Assembly (NCBI GenBank): GCA_026397895.1
Contig: JAPLTZ010000118.1
Coordinates: 1 to 29,904 of the forward strand
DNA from: Verrucomicrobiota bacterium
GTDB taxonomy: Bacteria > Verrucomicrobiota > Verrucomicrobiia > Limisphaerales > JAFMIX01
Direction: 5' to 3'
DNA length: 29,904 bases
How positions within the stretch are numbered: position 1 is the stretch's first letter; every line of letters begins with the position of its first letter. Positions 7,261 through 16,293 of this stretch are shown here, piece after piece. The notes beneath the pieces are model-generated. The model searched no databases. It was not told the origin of the DNA and saw nothing but the letters and a program-made list of their open reading frames with translations. The translations under genes and the position numbers were made by a program.

Positions 7261-7342
7261 ACAAATCCAATTTTGCCACGGTCGGCGCGGATGTTCACGG
7301 TGGCGGAAAAGCTTCTGGTGTTTCCGGCGGCGGCTCGTTATT

Positions 7343-7370
7343 TGTAACCCGAACCCGGTTTTTCCCGTCA
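7343..7370 (+). promoter_or_regulatory. Putative ECF-sigma-type promoter for the sulfatase cluster
   Basis: TGTAAC (7343-7348), 17 nt, CGTCA (7366-7370). Resembles the AAC/CGT bipartite ECF consensus. Confidence 0.4.
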
Positions 7371-7379
7371 GGGGCAGCA

Positions 7380-8972
7380 ATGAAGCCGATTGTTTGTGGC
7401 AAATCAACCATCCAGCCTATCCTCATCATGATCACATCCCGCAACCTCTCCAGATTCGTCGCCAAACTGAAACGCCCCGCCGTGTGGCTGGCGGTGGCGA
7501 TGTTCGCCAGCCTGACCGTGGCGTTCGCCGCCGCGCCGCCGCCGAACATCGTCATCATCTTCACGGACGACCAGGGCTATGCCGACGTCGGCTGTTTCGG
7601 CGCGAAGGGATTCGTCACGCCCAACCTCGACCGGCTCGCGCAGGAGGGGCGGAAGTTTTCCAACTTCCACGTCGCGCAGGCCGTGTGCTCGGCGTCGCGG
7701 ACGGCGTTGTTGACGGGCTGTTATCCCAATCGCGTGGGCATCCACGGCGCGCTGAACTCGAAGTCCGGCATCGGCATCAGCGATTCCGAGATGACGCTTG
7801 CGCAGTTGGTGAAGCAGCGCGGTTATGCGACGGCGATTTTCGGCAAATGGCATCTCGGCAGCGAGCCGCCGTTCTTGCCCACGCGCCACGGCTTCGATGA
7901 ATGGTTCGGCCTGCCGTATTCCAACGACATGTGGCCGGAAACCGCCACCGGCAAGCCCGGCAACCATCCGCCGCTGCCGATGTATGAGAACGAGAAGGTC
8001 GTCATCCCCGCCGTCACGCACGCCGATCAGGAGCAGCTCACGACGTGGTATACCGAACACGCGGTGAAGTTCATCGAGAAGAACAAGGCGCGCCCGTTCC
8101 TGCTCTACGTCGCGCACAATATGCCGCACGTCCCGCTGCACGTCAGTTCCAAGTTCAAGGGCAAGACGGCGCGCGGCCTCTACGGCGACGTGATCGAGGA
8201 AATTGACTGGTCGGTCGGGGAAATTCTCGCCGCGCTCAAGAAGAACGGGTTGGAGGACAACACCTGGGTCATCTACACGTCGGACAACGGTCCGTGGCTG
8301 CGCTTCGGCAATCACGGCGGCTGCGCTGACCCGCTGCGCGAAGGCAAGGGCACGGCGTGGGAAGGTGGCACGCGCACCCCTTGCGTCATGCGTTGGCCGG
8401 GGAAAATTTCCGGCGGAAAAGTCTGCGACGACATGTTCATGAGCATCGACCTGTTCCCGACCATCGCCAGGCTCATCGGCGCGAAACTGCCGGAGCATCC
8501 GATTGATGGCCTCGATGTCTGGCCCATCATCGCCGGCCAGCCCGGCGCGAAGAACCCGCATCCCGCCTACTGGTTCTACTACGAGCGCGGCCAGTTGCAG
8601 GCGCTGACGACGGGCGACGGCCGTTGGAAATTGCAACTGCCCCACAACTACGGCTCGCTCGGCGGCAAACCGCCCGGCCACGACGGCCTCCCCGTGCCGG
8701 GCACGAGTATTAAAATCGAGTCGAACGAACTCTACGACCTCGTCAACGACGTAAGCGAGAAGACGAACGTCATTTCGCAGCATCCCGACATCGTCCAGCA
8801 GCTCGAAGCCGAGGCCGAAAAGGCGCGCGTGGAATTGGGTGACGCGTTGACCAAGCGCGAGGGCAGGGGCGTGCGTGAGCCGGGTCGCATGAAATCACCC
8901 GCAGTCTCCAAGCAGGCGGCGCAACTGGGCGACAAGATGGCAATGCGCCTCGCCCAATCCGCTCCGGATTGA
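7380..8972 (+). CDS. Secreted Cys-type (family S1) sulfatase 1; start may be ATG 7428
   Basis: [47 protein letters not shown]. Signal-like segment before the mature domain. Confidence 0.95.
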   Translation: MKPIVCGKSTIQPILIMITSRNLSRFVAKLKRPAVWLAVAMFASLTVAFAAAPPPNIVIIFTDDQGYADVGCFGAKGFVTPNLDRLAQEGRKFSNFHVAQAVCSASRTALLTGCYPNRVGIHGALNSKSGIGISDSEMTLAQLVKQRGYATAIFGKWHLGSEPPFLPTRHGFDEWFGLPYSNDMWPETATGKPGNHPPLPMYENEKVVIPAVTHADQEQLTTWYTEHAVKFIEKNKARPFLLYVAHNMPHVPLHVSSKFKGKTARGLYGDVIEEIDWSVGEILAALKKNGLEDNTWVIYTSDNGPWLRFGNHGGCADPLREGKGTAWEGGTRTPCVMRWPGKISGGKVCDDMFMSIDLFPTIARLIGAKLPEHPIDGLDVWPIIAGQPGAKNPHPAYWFYYERGQLQALTTGDGRWKLQLPHNYGSLGGKPPGHDGLPVPGTSIKIESNELYDLVNDVSEKTNVISQHPDIVQQLEAEAEKARVELGDALTKREGRGVREPGRMKSPAVSKQAAQLGDKMAMRLAQSAPD

Positions 8973-9015
8973 TTTTTTCTGTTGAAATTTCAGTTTGTTT
9001 GAACATTCTAACCAA

Positions 9016-10536
9016 ATGGCACTCCGCTCTGTTTCAATTTTCGTCTTGCTGGCGACAGCCGCCGTGCTGGTCGCGGGTGCCGCCGAAACTTCCGCTCCCA
9101 AGGCATCACCTCCGCCGAACATCGTGTATATCTTGGCCGACGACCTCGGCTACGGCGACGTCGGTTGCTACAATTCGCAGACGAAGCTGCCGACGCCGCG
9201 CATTGACAAGCTGGCGACGGAGGGGATGCGGTTCACCGATGCCCACAGCGCGCCGGCCTGCACGCCGACGCGGTATGGGGTTTTGACGGGGCGATACGCC
9301 TTCCGCTCGCGCGTGCCGGTGCATGTGCTCGGGCCTTACGACGCGCCGCTGATCGAGGAAGGGCGGCTGACCGTGGCGGCGTTGCTGAAGCAGCAGGGCT
9401 ACCACACCGCCTGCATCGGCAAGTGGCATCTGGGTTGGGACTGGGCGTTCCCGAACGGCAACCGCAAGGGCGACCCGGATTTCACCAAGCCCGCCGCCAA
9501 CGGGCCGACGACGCGCGGCTTCGACGAGTATTTCGGCACGGACGTGCCGAATTATCCGCCCTACGCCTTCATCCAAAACGACCGGGTCACCGCGCCGCCG
9601 ACGGCGACGTTTCCCGGCCAGGACAAGGAATATTTTGTCAACCGCGCCGGGCCGATGGTGCCGGGCTGGAAGTTTGAGGACATCATGCCCACGCTCGGCG
9701 CGAAGGTGGCGGACTATCTCCGCGCCCGCGCCGCTGACAAGAAACCGTTCTTCCTCTACCACACGTTCACCATCCCGCATGAACCGCTCGCGCCGACGGC
9801 GGAGTTCGCCGGCAAGAGCGGCATCAACCGCTGCGGCGATCTGATTTTGCAGACCGACGCGGCGGTCGGCGCGATTCTGGACACGCTGGAAAAACTGGGC
9901 TTGGACAAGAACACGCTCGTCATCTTCGCATCCGACAACGGCCACGGCGGGGCGACCGGCGTGCCGGCGTTGCTCGCGGCGGGGCACGACCCCAGCCGTC
10001 CGTTCCGCGGCTACAAGGGCAGCATTTTGGAAGGCGGCCACCGCGTGCCGCTCATCGTCCGCTGGCCGGGCCGGGTGAAGGCGGGGACGGTTTGCGACGA
10101 AGTCATTTCGCTGTGCAGCCTGATGGCGACGTGCGCGGAAATCACCGGCGCGAAAATTCCCGCCCACGCCGGCGAGGACAGTTCGAGCATCCTGCCGTTG
10201 CTGGCGGGGCAGCCGGAGAAATTTCATCCGGTGCGCGCGGCGGAAGTCCATGCCGGCGTGAACGGCTTTGCCGCGCGGCAGGGCGACTGGAAATTTGTGG
10301 AATCGAAGGTCAAACAAACCAATCCCGCCCGCCCGGACGCCTTGGCCGGATTGTATGACGTGCGCCACGATCCGGCGGAAAAGAACAACGTCATCGCGCA
10401 GCACCCGGACATCGCGGCGAAACTGAAGGTGCTGCTCGATCAGATTGTCGGGACGGACGCGGCCCGGCTGCGGAAACCCGGCTCCGATGACGAAGACGCC
10501 GCCGCGCCCGGCGCGAAAAAATCCAAGACAAAGTGA
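9016..10536 (+). CDS. Secreted Cys-type sulfatase 2
   Basis: MALRSVSIFVLLATAAVLVAG signal, PNIVYILADDLGYGD, CTPTRYGVLTG, GKWHLG, FASDNG, RGYKG..LEGGHRVP. Confidence 0.95.
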   Translation: MALRSVSIFVLLATAAVLVAGAAETSAPKASPPPNIVYILADDLGYGDVGCYNSQTKLPTPRIDKLATEGMRFTDAHSAPACTPTRYGVLTGRYAFRSRVPVHVLGPYDAPLIEEGRLTVAALLKQQGYHTACIGKWHLGWDWAFPNGNRKGDPDFTKPAANGPTTRGFDEYFGTDVPNYPPYAFIQNDRVTAPPTATFPGQDKEYFVNRAGPMVPGWKFEDIMPTLGAKVADYLRARAADKKPFFLYHTFTIPHEPLAPTAEFAGKSGINRCGDLILQTDAAVGAILDTLEKLGLDKNTLVIFASDNGHGGATGVPALLAAGHDPSRPFRGYKGSILEGGHRVPLIVRWPGRVKAGTVCDEVISLCSLMATCAEITGAKIPAHAGEDSSSILPLLAGQPEKFHPVRAAEVHAGVNGFAARQGDWKFVESKVKQTNPARPDALAGLYDVRHDPAEKNNVIAQHPDIAAKLKVLLDQIVGTDAARLRKPGSDDEDAAAPGAKKSKTK

Positions 10537-10561
10537 ACGGAATCCCCCAATTTATCCAAAC

Positions 10562-11893
10562 ATGAAAATCAGACTCCCGTCCCTCCTGCTCGCGCTCGCC
10601 ATTGCCGCCGTCAGCGCGGCGCACGCCGCCAAACCGAACATCATCCTCATCGCCGCCGACGACCTCGGCTACGCCGACATTGGCGTTCATGGCTGCAAGG
10701 AGTTCGCCACGCCGAACATTGATTCGCTGGCGAAGAACGGGCTGCGGTTCGCCGCCGGTTACGCGACTTCGGCGGTGTGCGCGCCGTCGCGGGCGGGTTT
10801 TCTCAGCGGGCGCTACCAGGATCATTTCGGATTCCAGGGCAATCCCAAGCACGGCGCGTCGGACTGGGGCTTGCCGTTGGACGAGCGCACCATCGCCGAC
10901 CGTTTGAAAACTGCGGGTTACAAGACGGCGGCGTTCGGCAAATGGCATCTGGGCGAAAAGCCGGAGCAGCATCCGATGAGCCGGGGCTTCGACGAGTATT
11001 TCGGTTTCCTTGCTGGCATGCATGATTACTTCAAGGCCGAAGACCCGAACTGGGGCGCGATCATGCGCGGCCGCGAGAAGGCGGAGCTGAAGGAATATCT
11101 GACGTTCGCCATCGCCAAGGAGGCGTGCGGGTTCATCGAGCGGCAGAAGGACGCGCCGTTTTTTATCTACCTCGCGTTCAATGCGCCGCACACGCCGTCG
11201 CAGGCACCGGAAGATTATCTGAAGAAGGCGGCGCACATCGCCGACAAACAGCGGCAGACCTACGCCGCGATGGTCATGGCGCTGGACGATTCCATCGGGC
11301 GCGTGCTGAAAACGCTCCGCGAAAAAGGGCTGGAGGAAAACACGCTCATCTTCTTCCTGAGCGACAACGGCGGGCCGCTCATCAAGGGCAGCGCGCCGAA
11401 CGGTTCGCGGAACGACCCGCTGCGCGGCGGCAAATTGCAGATGTGGGAGGGCGGCATCCGCGTGCCGTTCATGATTCAGTGGAAAGGCCATCTGCCCGCC
11501 GGTAAAACGATTGCCGAGCCGGTCATCTCGCTCGACATCCAGCCCACGGCCTGCGCGGCGGCGGGCGTGGAGACCAAGCCGGAATGGAAATTGGACGGCT
11601 TGAACTTGCTGCCGCTGCTCGAAGGCAAGGCGGAGCATCTGGCGCGCACGGATCTTTTCTGGAAGTTCGGCAACGACCAGTTCGCCATCCGCGGCGGCGA
11701 CTGGAAACTGGTGAAGGTTCATGCCGACAAGGGATTGTTCAATCTGCCAAAAGACATCAGTGAAACCACTGACCGCACGGCGGAGCAGGGCAAGCTGGCG
11801 GAGGATTTGAAAGCCCGCTGGGATGTCTGGGAAACCAAGAACCCCACCGTGAACCTGAAGGTCGCCGCCGAGAAGAAAGGCAAAGAACAATGA
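10562..11893 (+). CDS. Secreted Cys-type sulfatase 3
   Basis: MKIRLPSLLLALAIAAVSAAHA signal, PNIILIAADDLGY, CAPSRAGFLSG, GKWHLG, FLSDNG, WEGGIRVP. Stop overlaps the next start (ATGA, 11890-11893). Confidence 0.95.
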   Translation: MKIRLPSLLLALAIAAVSAAHAAKPNIILIAADDLGYADIGVHGCKEFATPNIDSLAKNGLRFAAGYATSAVCAPSRAGFLSGRYQDHFGFQGNPKHGASDWGLPLDERTIADRLKTAGYKTAAFGKWHLGEKPEQHPMSRGFDEYFGFLAGMHDYFKAEDPNWGAIMRGREKAELKEYLTFAIAKEACGFIERQKDAPFFIYLAFNAPHTPSQAPEDYLKKAAHIADKQRQTYAAMVMALDDSIGRVLKTLREKGLEENTLIFFLSDNGGPLIKGSAPNGSRNDPLRGGKLQMWEGGIRVPFMIQWKGHLPAGKTIAEPVISLDIQPTACAAAGVETKPEWKLDGLNLLPLLEGKAEHLARTDLFWKFGNDQFAIRGGDWKLVKVHADKGLFNLPKDISETTDRTAEQGKLAEDLKARWDVWETKNPTVNLKVAAEKKGKEQ

Positions 11894-13215
11894 AGCCCGT
11901 TCAAATTCTTTCAACCTTGCTGCTGGCGGTCGTCGGCTGCGCGGCGGAAACCAACAGCGTCACGGCGGAAAAATATCCGGGGCTGGCGAAGGTGATGGCG
12001 CACATCCGCACGGCCTTCCCGCAGACCATCAAGGAACAGAAGGCCGACGCCGATGGCAACATCGCCGTGCCGCATCCCTACACCGCGCCGTGCGCGAAGG
12101 ACACGTTCCAGAACCTGTTTTACTGGGACACCTGCTTCATGAACCTCGGCCTGCTGCGCATCGGCATGCCGGCGCAGGCGAAGCACAACACGGACGACCT
12201 TTTGTTTCTCGCGGACAAGCTGGGTTACGTTCCGAACGCCAACCGTTGGGCGATGACGAACCGCGCACAGCCGCCGCTGCTGGCGTGGATGGTGCGGGAA
12301 ATTTTTGCCGAAACGAAAGACCGCGAATGGCTCCAGGGCGCTTACGCCACGCTGGTGAAGGAGCACGGCTTCTGGACGGAGCGGCGCATGACGCCCGCGG
12401 GTTTGAACCGGCATTTCAATTCCGCGACGGAAAAGCAACTGATGAATTTTTACAATTATCTGGCCAAGGATCGTTTCAAGGGACTGCCCTACACGAACAA
12501 GGCGGACAAGGTGGCGTTCAGCAGCCACTCGTTGAGCGAGGGGGAGACGGGCTGGGACTTCACGCCGCGCTTCGACCGGCGCTGCGGGGATTTTTGCCCG
12601 GTGGATTTGAACGCCAACCTTTATCTCTACGAAACCATCCTCGCCGATTTCAGCAAGGTGCTGGCCAACGGTGCGGAAGCCGGCTGGCGCACGAAGGCGG
12701 AGCAGCGCAAAAAGCTGATCCAGGAATTGCTCTGGAACGACGCCGTCGGCTGCTACACCGACTACGACTTCGTGAACAAAAAGAAAGGCGACGTCGTGAG
12801 CTGCGCCGCGCTGTTTCCGTTGCTGGCTGGCATCGCCACGCCGGAGCAGGCGGAGAAGGTCGTGAAGAAGATGAAGGCGGTTTTGGAATACGACCACGGC
12901 CTGTCCACCTGCGAGCAGCGGACGTGGCCGTTCACCCATCAGTGGGATTATCCGAACGGCTGGCCACCGCTCCAGTGTGTCGCAATTCAGGCGCTGGATC
13001 GTTACGGCTTCAAGGACGACGCGCGCCGCATCGCGGAAAAATACGTCCGCACCGTTATCGCCAACTACGAGAAGACCGGCGACCTGTGGGAAAAATACAA
13101 CGTCGTCAGCGGCACGACCGAAGTGGTGGACGAATACAAGATGCCGCGCATGGTCGGCTGGACGGCGGGCACGTTCGTGTTCGCGGCGGATTATCTCCAG
13201 GCGGACCTGCGCTGA
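11890..13215 (+). CDS. GH37 alpha,alpha-trehalase-like glycosidase, exported
   Basis: FYWDT, VPNAN, NRAQPP, ETGWDFTPRF, PVDLN, QWDYPNGWPP, WEKY, DEY, GWT motifs of GH37. N-terminal signal/lipobox-like LLLAVVGC. Confidence 0.88.
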   Translation: MKPVQILSTLLLAVVGCAAETNSVTAEKYPGLAKVMAHIRTAFPQTIKEQKADADGNIAVPHPYTAPCAKDTFQNLFYWDTCFMNLGLLRIGMPAQAKHNTDDLLFLADKLGYVPNANRWAMTNRAQPPLLAWMVREIFAETKDREWLQGAYATLVKEHGFWTERRMTPAGLNRHFNSATEKQLMNFYNYLAKDRFKGLPYTNKADKVAFSSHSLSEGETGWDFTPRFDRRCGDFCPVDLNANLYLYETILADFSKVLANGAEAGWRTKAEQRKKLIQELLWNDAVGCYTDYDFVNKKKGDVVSCAALFPLLAGIATPEQAEKVVKKMKAVLEYDHGLSTCEQRTWPFTHQWDYPNGWPPLQCVAIQALDRYGFKDDARRIAEKYVRTVIANYEKTGDLWEKYNVVSGTTEVVDEYKMPRMVGWTAGTFVFAADYLQADLR

Positions 13216-13242
13216 CCGGACCGGAAGCGGACAACCAAGCCT

Positions 13243-14524
13243 ATGAAAACAATTCTCTTTTCCGTGTTGATTGCTGGCGCGTTGTGCCGCGCGGAAACAG
13301 TTTCTGCTCCGGCCGCCCCGGCGGAAAAGATTCCGGGCGTCGCCAAGGTCATGGCGCACATCCGCGAGGCGATCCCGCAGACCATCAAGGTGCAAAAGGA
13401 GGACAAGGGCGACATCGTGGGCTTGCCGTATCCTTACACTTCGCCGTGCGCGAAGGAAGGGTTCGTGCTGCTGTTCAATTGGGACACCTACTTCATTGAT
13501 CTGGGATTGCTGCGCATCGGCCTGCTGGCGCAGGCGAAAAACAACATCGATGACCAGTTGTTCCTGACCGAAAAGTTCGGGGCCATGCCCAGCGCCAGCC
13601 GGGTGTCCATGGCCAACCGTTCGCAGACTCCGTTCCTGGCCCTGATGGTGCGCGATATTTTCGCGGCCACCGGCGACCGCGAATGGCTCCGGCACGCCTA
13701 CCCGACGGTGGTCAAGGACTACAACTTCTGGATGACCCGGCGGCTCTCGCCCATCGGGCTGAACCGGTTGCACAACTCGGCGACGACGAACTATCTGATG
13801 TCGTTTTACTCCTATTTGGAGCGCGAGCGGTTCAAAGGACTCGCGCTCACCAACCGGGCGGACAAGCTCGCCTTCAGCAGCCAGGCCTTGAGCGAGGCGG
13901 AAACCTGGGACTTCACGCCGCGTTTCGACCGCCGCGCCGAGGAATTTTGCCCCGTGGACGTGAATGCCAATCTCCACCTCTGTGAAACCACCCTCGCCGA
14001 CTTCAGCAAAATCCTGGCCAACGGCGAGGAATCCGCGTGGTTGGAAAAGGCGGCGAAGCGCAAGCAGCTCATCCAGCAATATCTCTGGAACGAGAAAGTC
14101 GGCTGCTACACGGATTACGACTTCGTGAACCAGAAGCAGGGCGAGGTCGTGAGCTGCGCCGACCGTCAGGAAGATGAGGGCGGCGCTGGAATATGACCAC
14201 GGATTGACCACCTGCGAGAAGGGAACATGGAAATTTGTTTACCAATGGGATCATCCGAACGCGTGGCCGCCGTTGCAGGCCGTCGCGATTCAGGCGCTCG
14301 ACCGCTACGGCTTCAAGGACGACGCGCGCCGCATCGCCGAGAAATATATTCGCACCGTCATCGCCAACTACGAAAAGACCGGCGACCTGTGGGAAAAATA
14401 CAACGTCGTCACCGGCACGACGGACGTGGTGGACGAATACAAGATGCCACGCATGGTCGGCTGGACGGCGGGCGTGTTCATTTTTGCCGCCGATTACTTG
14501 TCCTGTTTGCCTGCGGCGAAATGA
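13243..14524 (+). pseudogene. Second GH37 paralogue, frameshifted at ~14161 by an apparent 50-nt deletion (real or assembly artefact)
   Basis: ORFs 13243-14196 and 14174-14524 are collinear with the two halves of 11890-13215. Seventeen codons of paralogue 1 (12808-12858) correspond to a single nt here. The Gly of TGWD is also absent (13903-13908). Confidence 0.85.
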
Positions 14525-14707
14525 TCCTTCTGTCCGGCGGTTGCGCCTGCGGTGGCAGAGGCTGGCAATTCTTGCACGCGATTTGTCATTCCGTCTATTC
14601 CCCGGCGGCCGGACAAGGGTTCTACTGCTGACCATGAATCACCCCGCAAACCCGTCGTTCGCCAGCCCGTTCGGTGAACCGCGTTTTTCAACCGGCAGGG
14701 CTGTCGC

Positions 14708-15484
14708 TTGAAAAGCCGCTCGCCAGCCAAGCCGGGAAAAGTCGCGCTGGTCACCGGCTCGTCCAGCGGCATCGGCGCGGCCATCGCGGAACGGCTGGCC
14801 GCCGAGGGCTATCTCGCGCTCATCAACGCGCGCTCCGAAAATGCCGGCGCGCGGCGCACGCTCGCCGCCATCCGTGCCGCCGGTCACCGCGCGGAGCTTG
14901 CGCTGGGCGACCTTTCCCAAGTGTCCGAAATCCGCCGCCTGTTCACGGAAATCCGCGCGCGTTACGGGCGCATTGACGTGCTCGTGAACAACGCCGGCGT
15001 CTGTTCGTTTCACGAATGGAACGAAGTCACCGAGGAAATCTGGGATCAAACCCAGGATACCAACCTGCGTGCCGGTTTTTTTTGCACGCAGGAGGCGGCG
15101 CGGCTGATGATCGAGAAGAAAATCGCCGGTCGCATCATGGCCATCAGCTCCATTTCCGCCATCAAAGGCGGCACGGTGCAGACGCACTATTGTCCGAGCA
15201 AGGGCGGCCAGATTTCCATGATGAACGCCTTCGCCGTCTGCCTCGGCGGGCACGGCATCACCTGCAATTCCATCCTGCCCGGCACGATTGAGACGCCCAT
15301 CAACGCCGATTATCTCGCCACCGGCACGAACCGCGCCAACCTCGCCCGCCAGACCTGCGTCGGCTACATCGGGATGCCGCACGATGTCGCCGGCCTTGTC
15401 GCTTTTCTCGCGCGACCGGAAGCGCGCTACATCACCGGCGCTTCGATTCTGGTGGACGGCGGCGAAATGGTTAAACATCTTTGA
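14708..15484 (+). CDS. SDR oxidoreductase, L-rhamnose 1-dehydrogenase (LRA1)-like; start uncertain (TTG)
   Basis: VALVTGSSSGIG, VLVNNAG, ISSISAIKGGTVQTHYCPSKGG (YxxxK), CNSILPGTIETPIN, YITGASILVDGG. Context resembles LRA1 enzymes as I recall them (QTHYTPTKAG). Confidence 0.85.
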   Translation: MKSRSPAKPGKVALVTGSSSGIGAAIAERLAAEGYLALINARSENAGARRTLAAIRAAGHRAELALGDLSQVSEIRRLFTEIRARYGRIDVLVNNAGVCSFHEWNEVTEEIWDQTQDTNLRAGFFCTQEAARLMIEKKIAGRIMAISSISAIKGGTVQTHYCPSKGGQISMMNAFAVCLGGHGITCNSILPGTIETPINADYLATGTNRANLARQTCVGYIGMPHDVAGLVAFLARPEARYITGASILVDGGEMVKHL

Positions 15485-15492
15485 AATCTCCC

Positions 15493-16293
15493 ATGAGCCA
15501 GACCAAAAAAGAAAATTCCGGCGGCCACTCTGTCCGCATGCTGCGCACCGCCGAAATCGAAGTGCCGTGCCCGGAAGTTTACTGGATGGAAGGCTTCGCC
15601 GACTGGACGAAGCTGCAATTCCAGATGGCCGTCATCCGTGCCCACGGCAAAACCATCCTCGTCAACACCGGTTTCCCCGAAGACGTCACGGCGCTGACAA
15701 AAGCGTGGAGCGATTTCCTCGGCCCGCGCGCCACGCTCAAGCGCCCCGACGAATGGCGCACGCAGCACTTGCTCGCCGAAGCGGGCGTTGATCCGGCCAA
15801 GGTGGATTACGTCATCGTCACGCCCATCCAGCTTTACGCCACGGGCTGCCTGCATCTGTTTCCGAACGCCAAGTTCTGCTTCTCGCGGCGCGGTTGGATT
15901 GAAGACATCATCGCGCCGACGTATCCGCACCACGTTCCGCGGCAAGGCTGCATCAGCGACGAACACCTGCGCTGGCTGCAATTTGAGAACAACCAAAACC
16001 TCGTGCTCATGGACGACGTTCACGAATTGCTCCCCGGCCTGACGTGCCGCTGGGTCGGCGTGCATCACCGTTCGTCCCTGCTCGTCGAAGTGCAGACCGC
16101 GCGCGGCCTCGTGATGATGAGCGACTGCGCGTTCCACTACGCCAACATCGAGGAAAACAAGCCGCTCGGCATCGCCGAAAGCATCATCGAGGCGCACGCC
16201 GCCTACGCCGACATCCGCCGCCGCGCCGCCGTGTTCGTGCCGCTTTACGATCCGCTGGTGCAGGAGCGTTTTCCCGGAGGCAAAATTTCATGA
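15493..16293 (+). CDS. Metallo-beta-lactamase-fold (AHL-lactonase-like) protein with degenerate metal motif
   Basis: ILVNTG, GVDPAKVDYVIVT, HLFPNAKF, VEVQTARG..MSD, YDP.V..RFP match the scaffold, but HxHxDH reads PIQLYA. Confidence 0.8.
   Translation: MSQTKKENSGGHSVRMLRTAEIEVPCPEVYWMEGFADWTKLQFQMAVIRAHGKTILVNTGFPEDVTALTKAWSDFLGPRATLKRPDEWRTQHLLAEAGVDPAKVDYVIVTPIQLYATGCLHLFPNAKFCFSRRGWIEDIIAPTYPHHVPRQGCISDEHLRWLQFENNQNLVLMDDVHELLPGLTCRWVGVHHRSSLLVEVQTARGLVMMSDCAFHYANIEENKPLGIAESIIEAHAAYADIRRRAAVFVPLYDPLVQERFPGGKIS

Noticed and set aside
14150-14200. Programmed ribosomal frameshifting at the GH37-2, DUF362 or CvpA junctions
   Set aside because: No X-XXY-YYZ slippery site with a stimulator. 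At GH37-2, conserved residues are physically missing, so a shift would not restore the protein.
11890-14524. GH37 pair as template/variable repeats of a diversity-generating retroelement
   Set aside because: Differences are spread over all bases along two full-length genes, not adenine-specific, and there is no reverse transcriptase.
14634-14745. Possible upstream start and 1-nt frameshift for the SDR (ATG 14634 or GTG 14674; A4 run at 14737-14740); 9-bp repeat TCGCCAGCC
   Set aside because: The TTG 14708 frame already contains the whole Rossmann motif. There is no independent evidence for a shift, so the start is left as uncertain.
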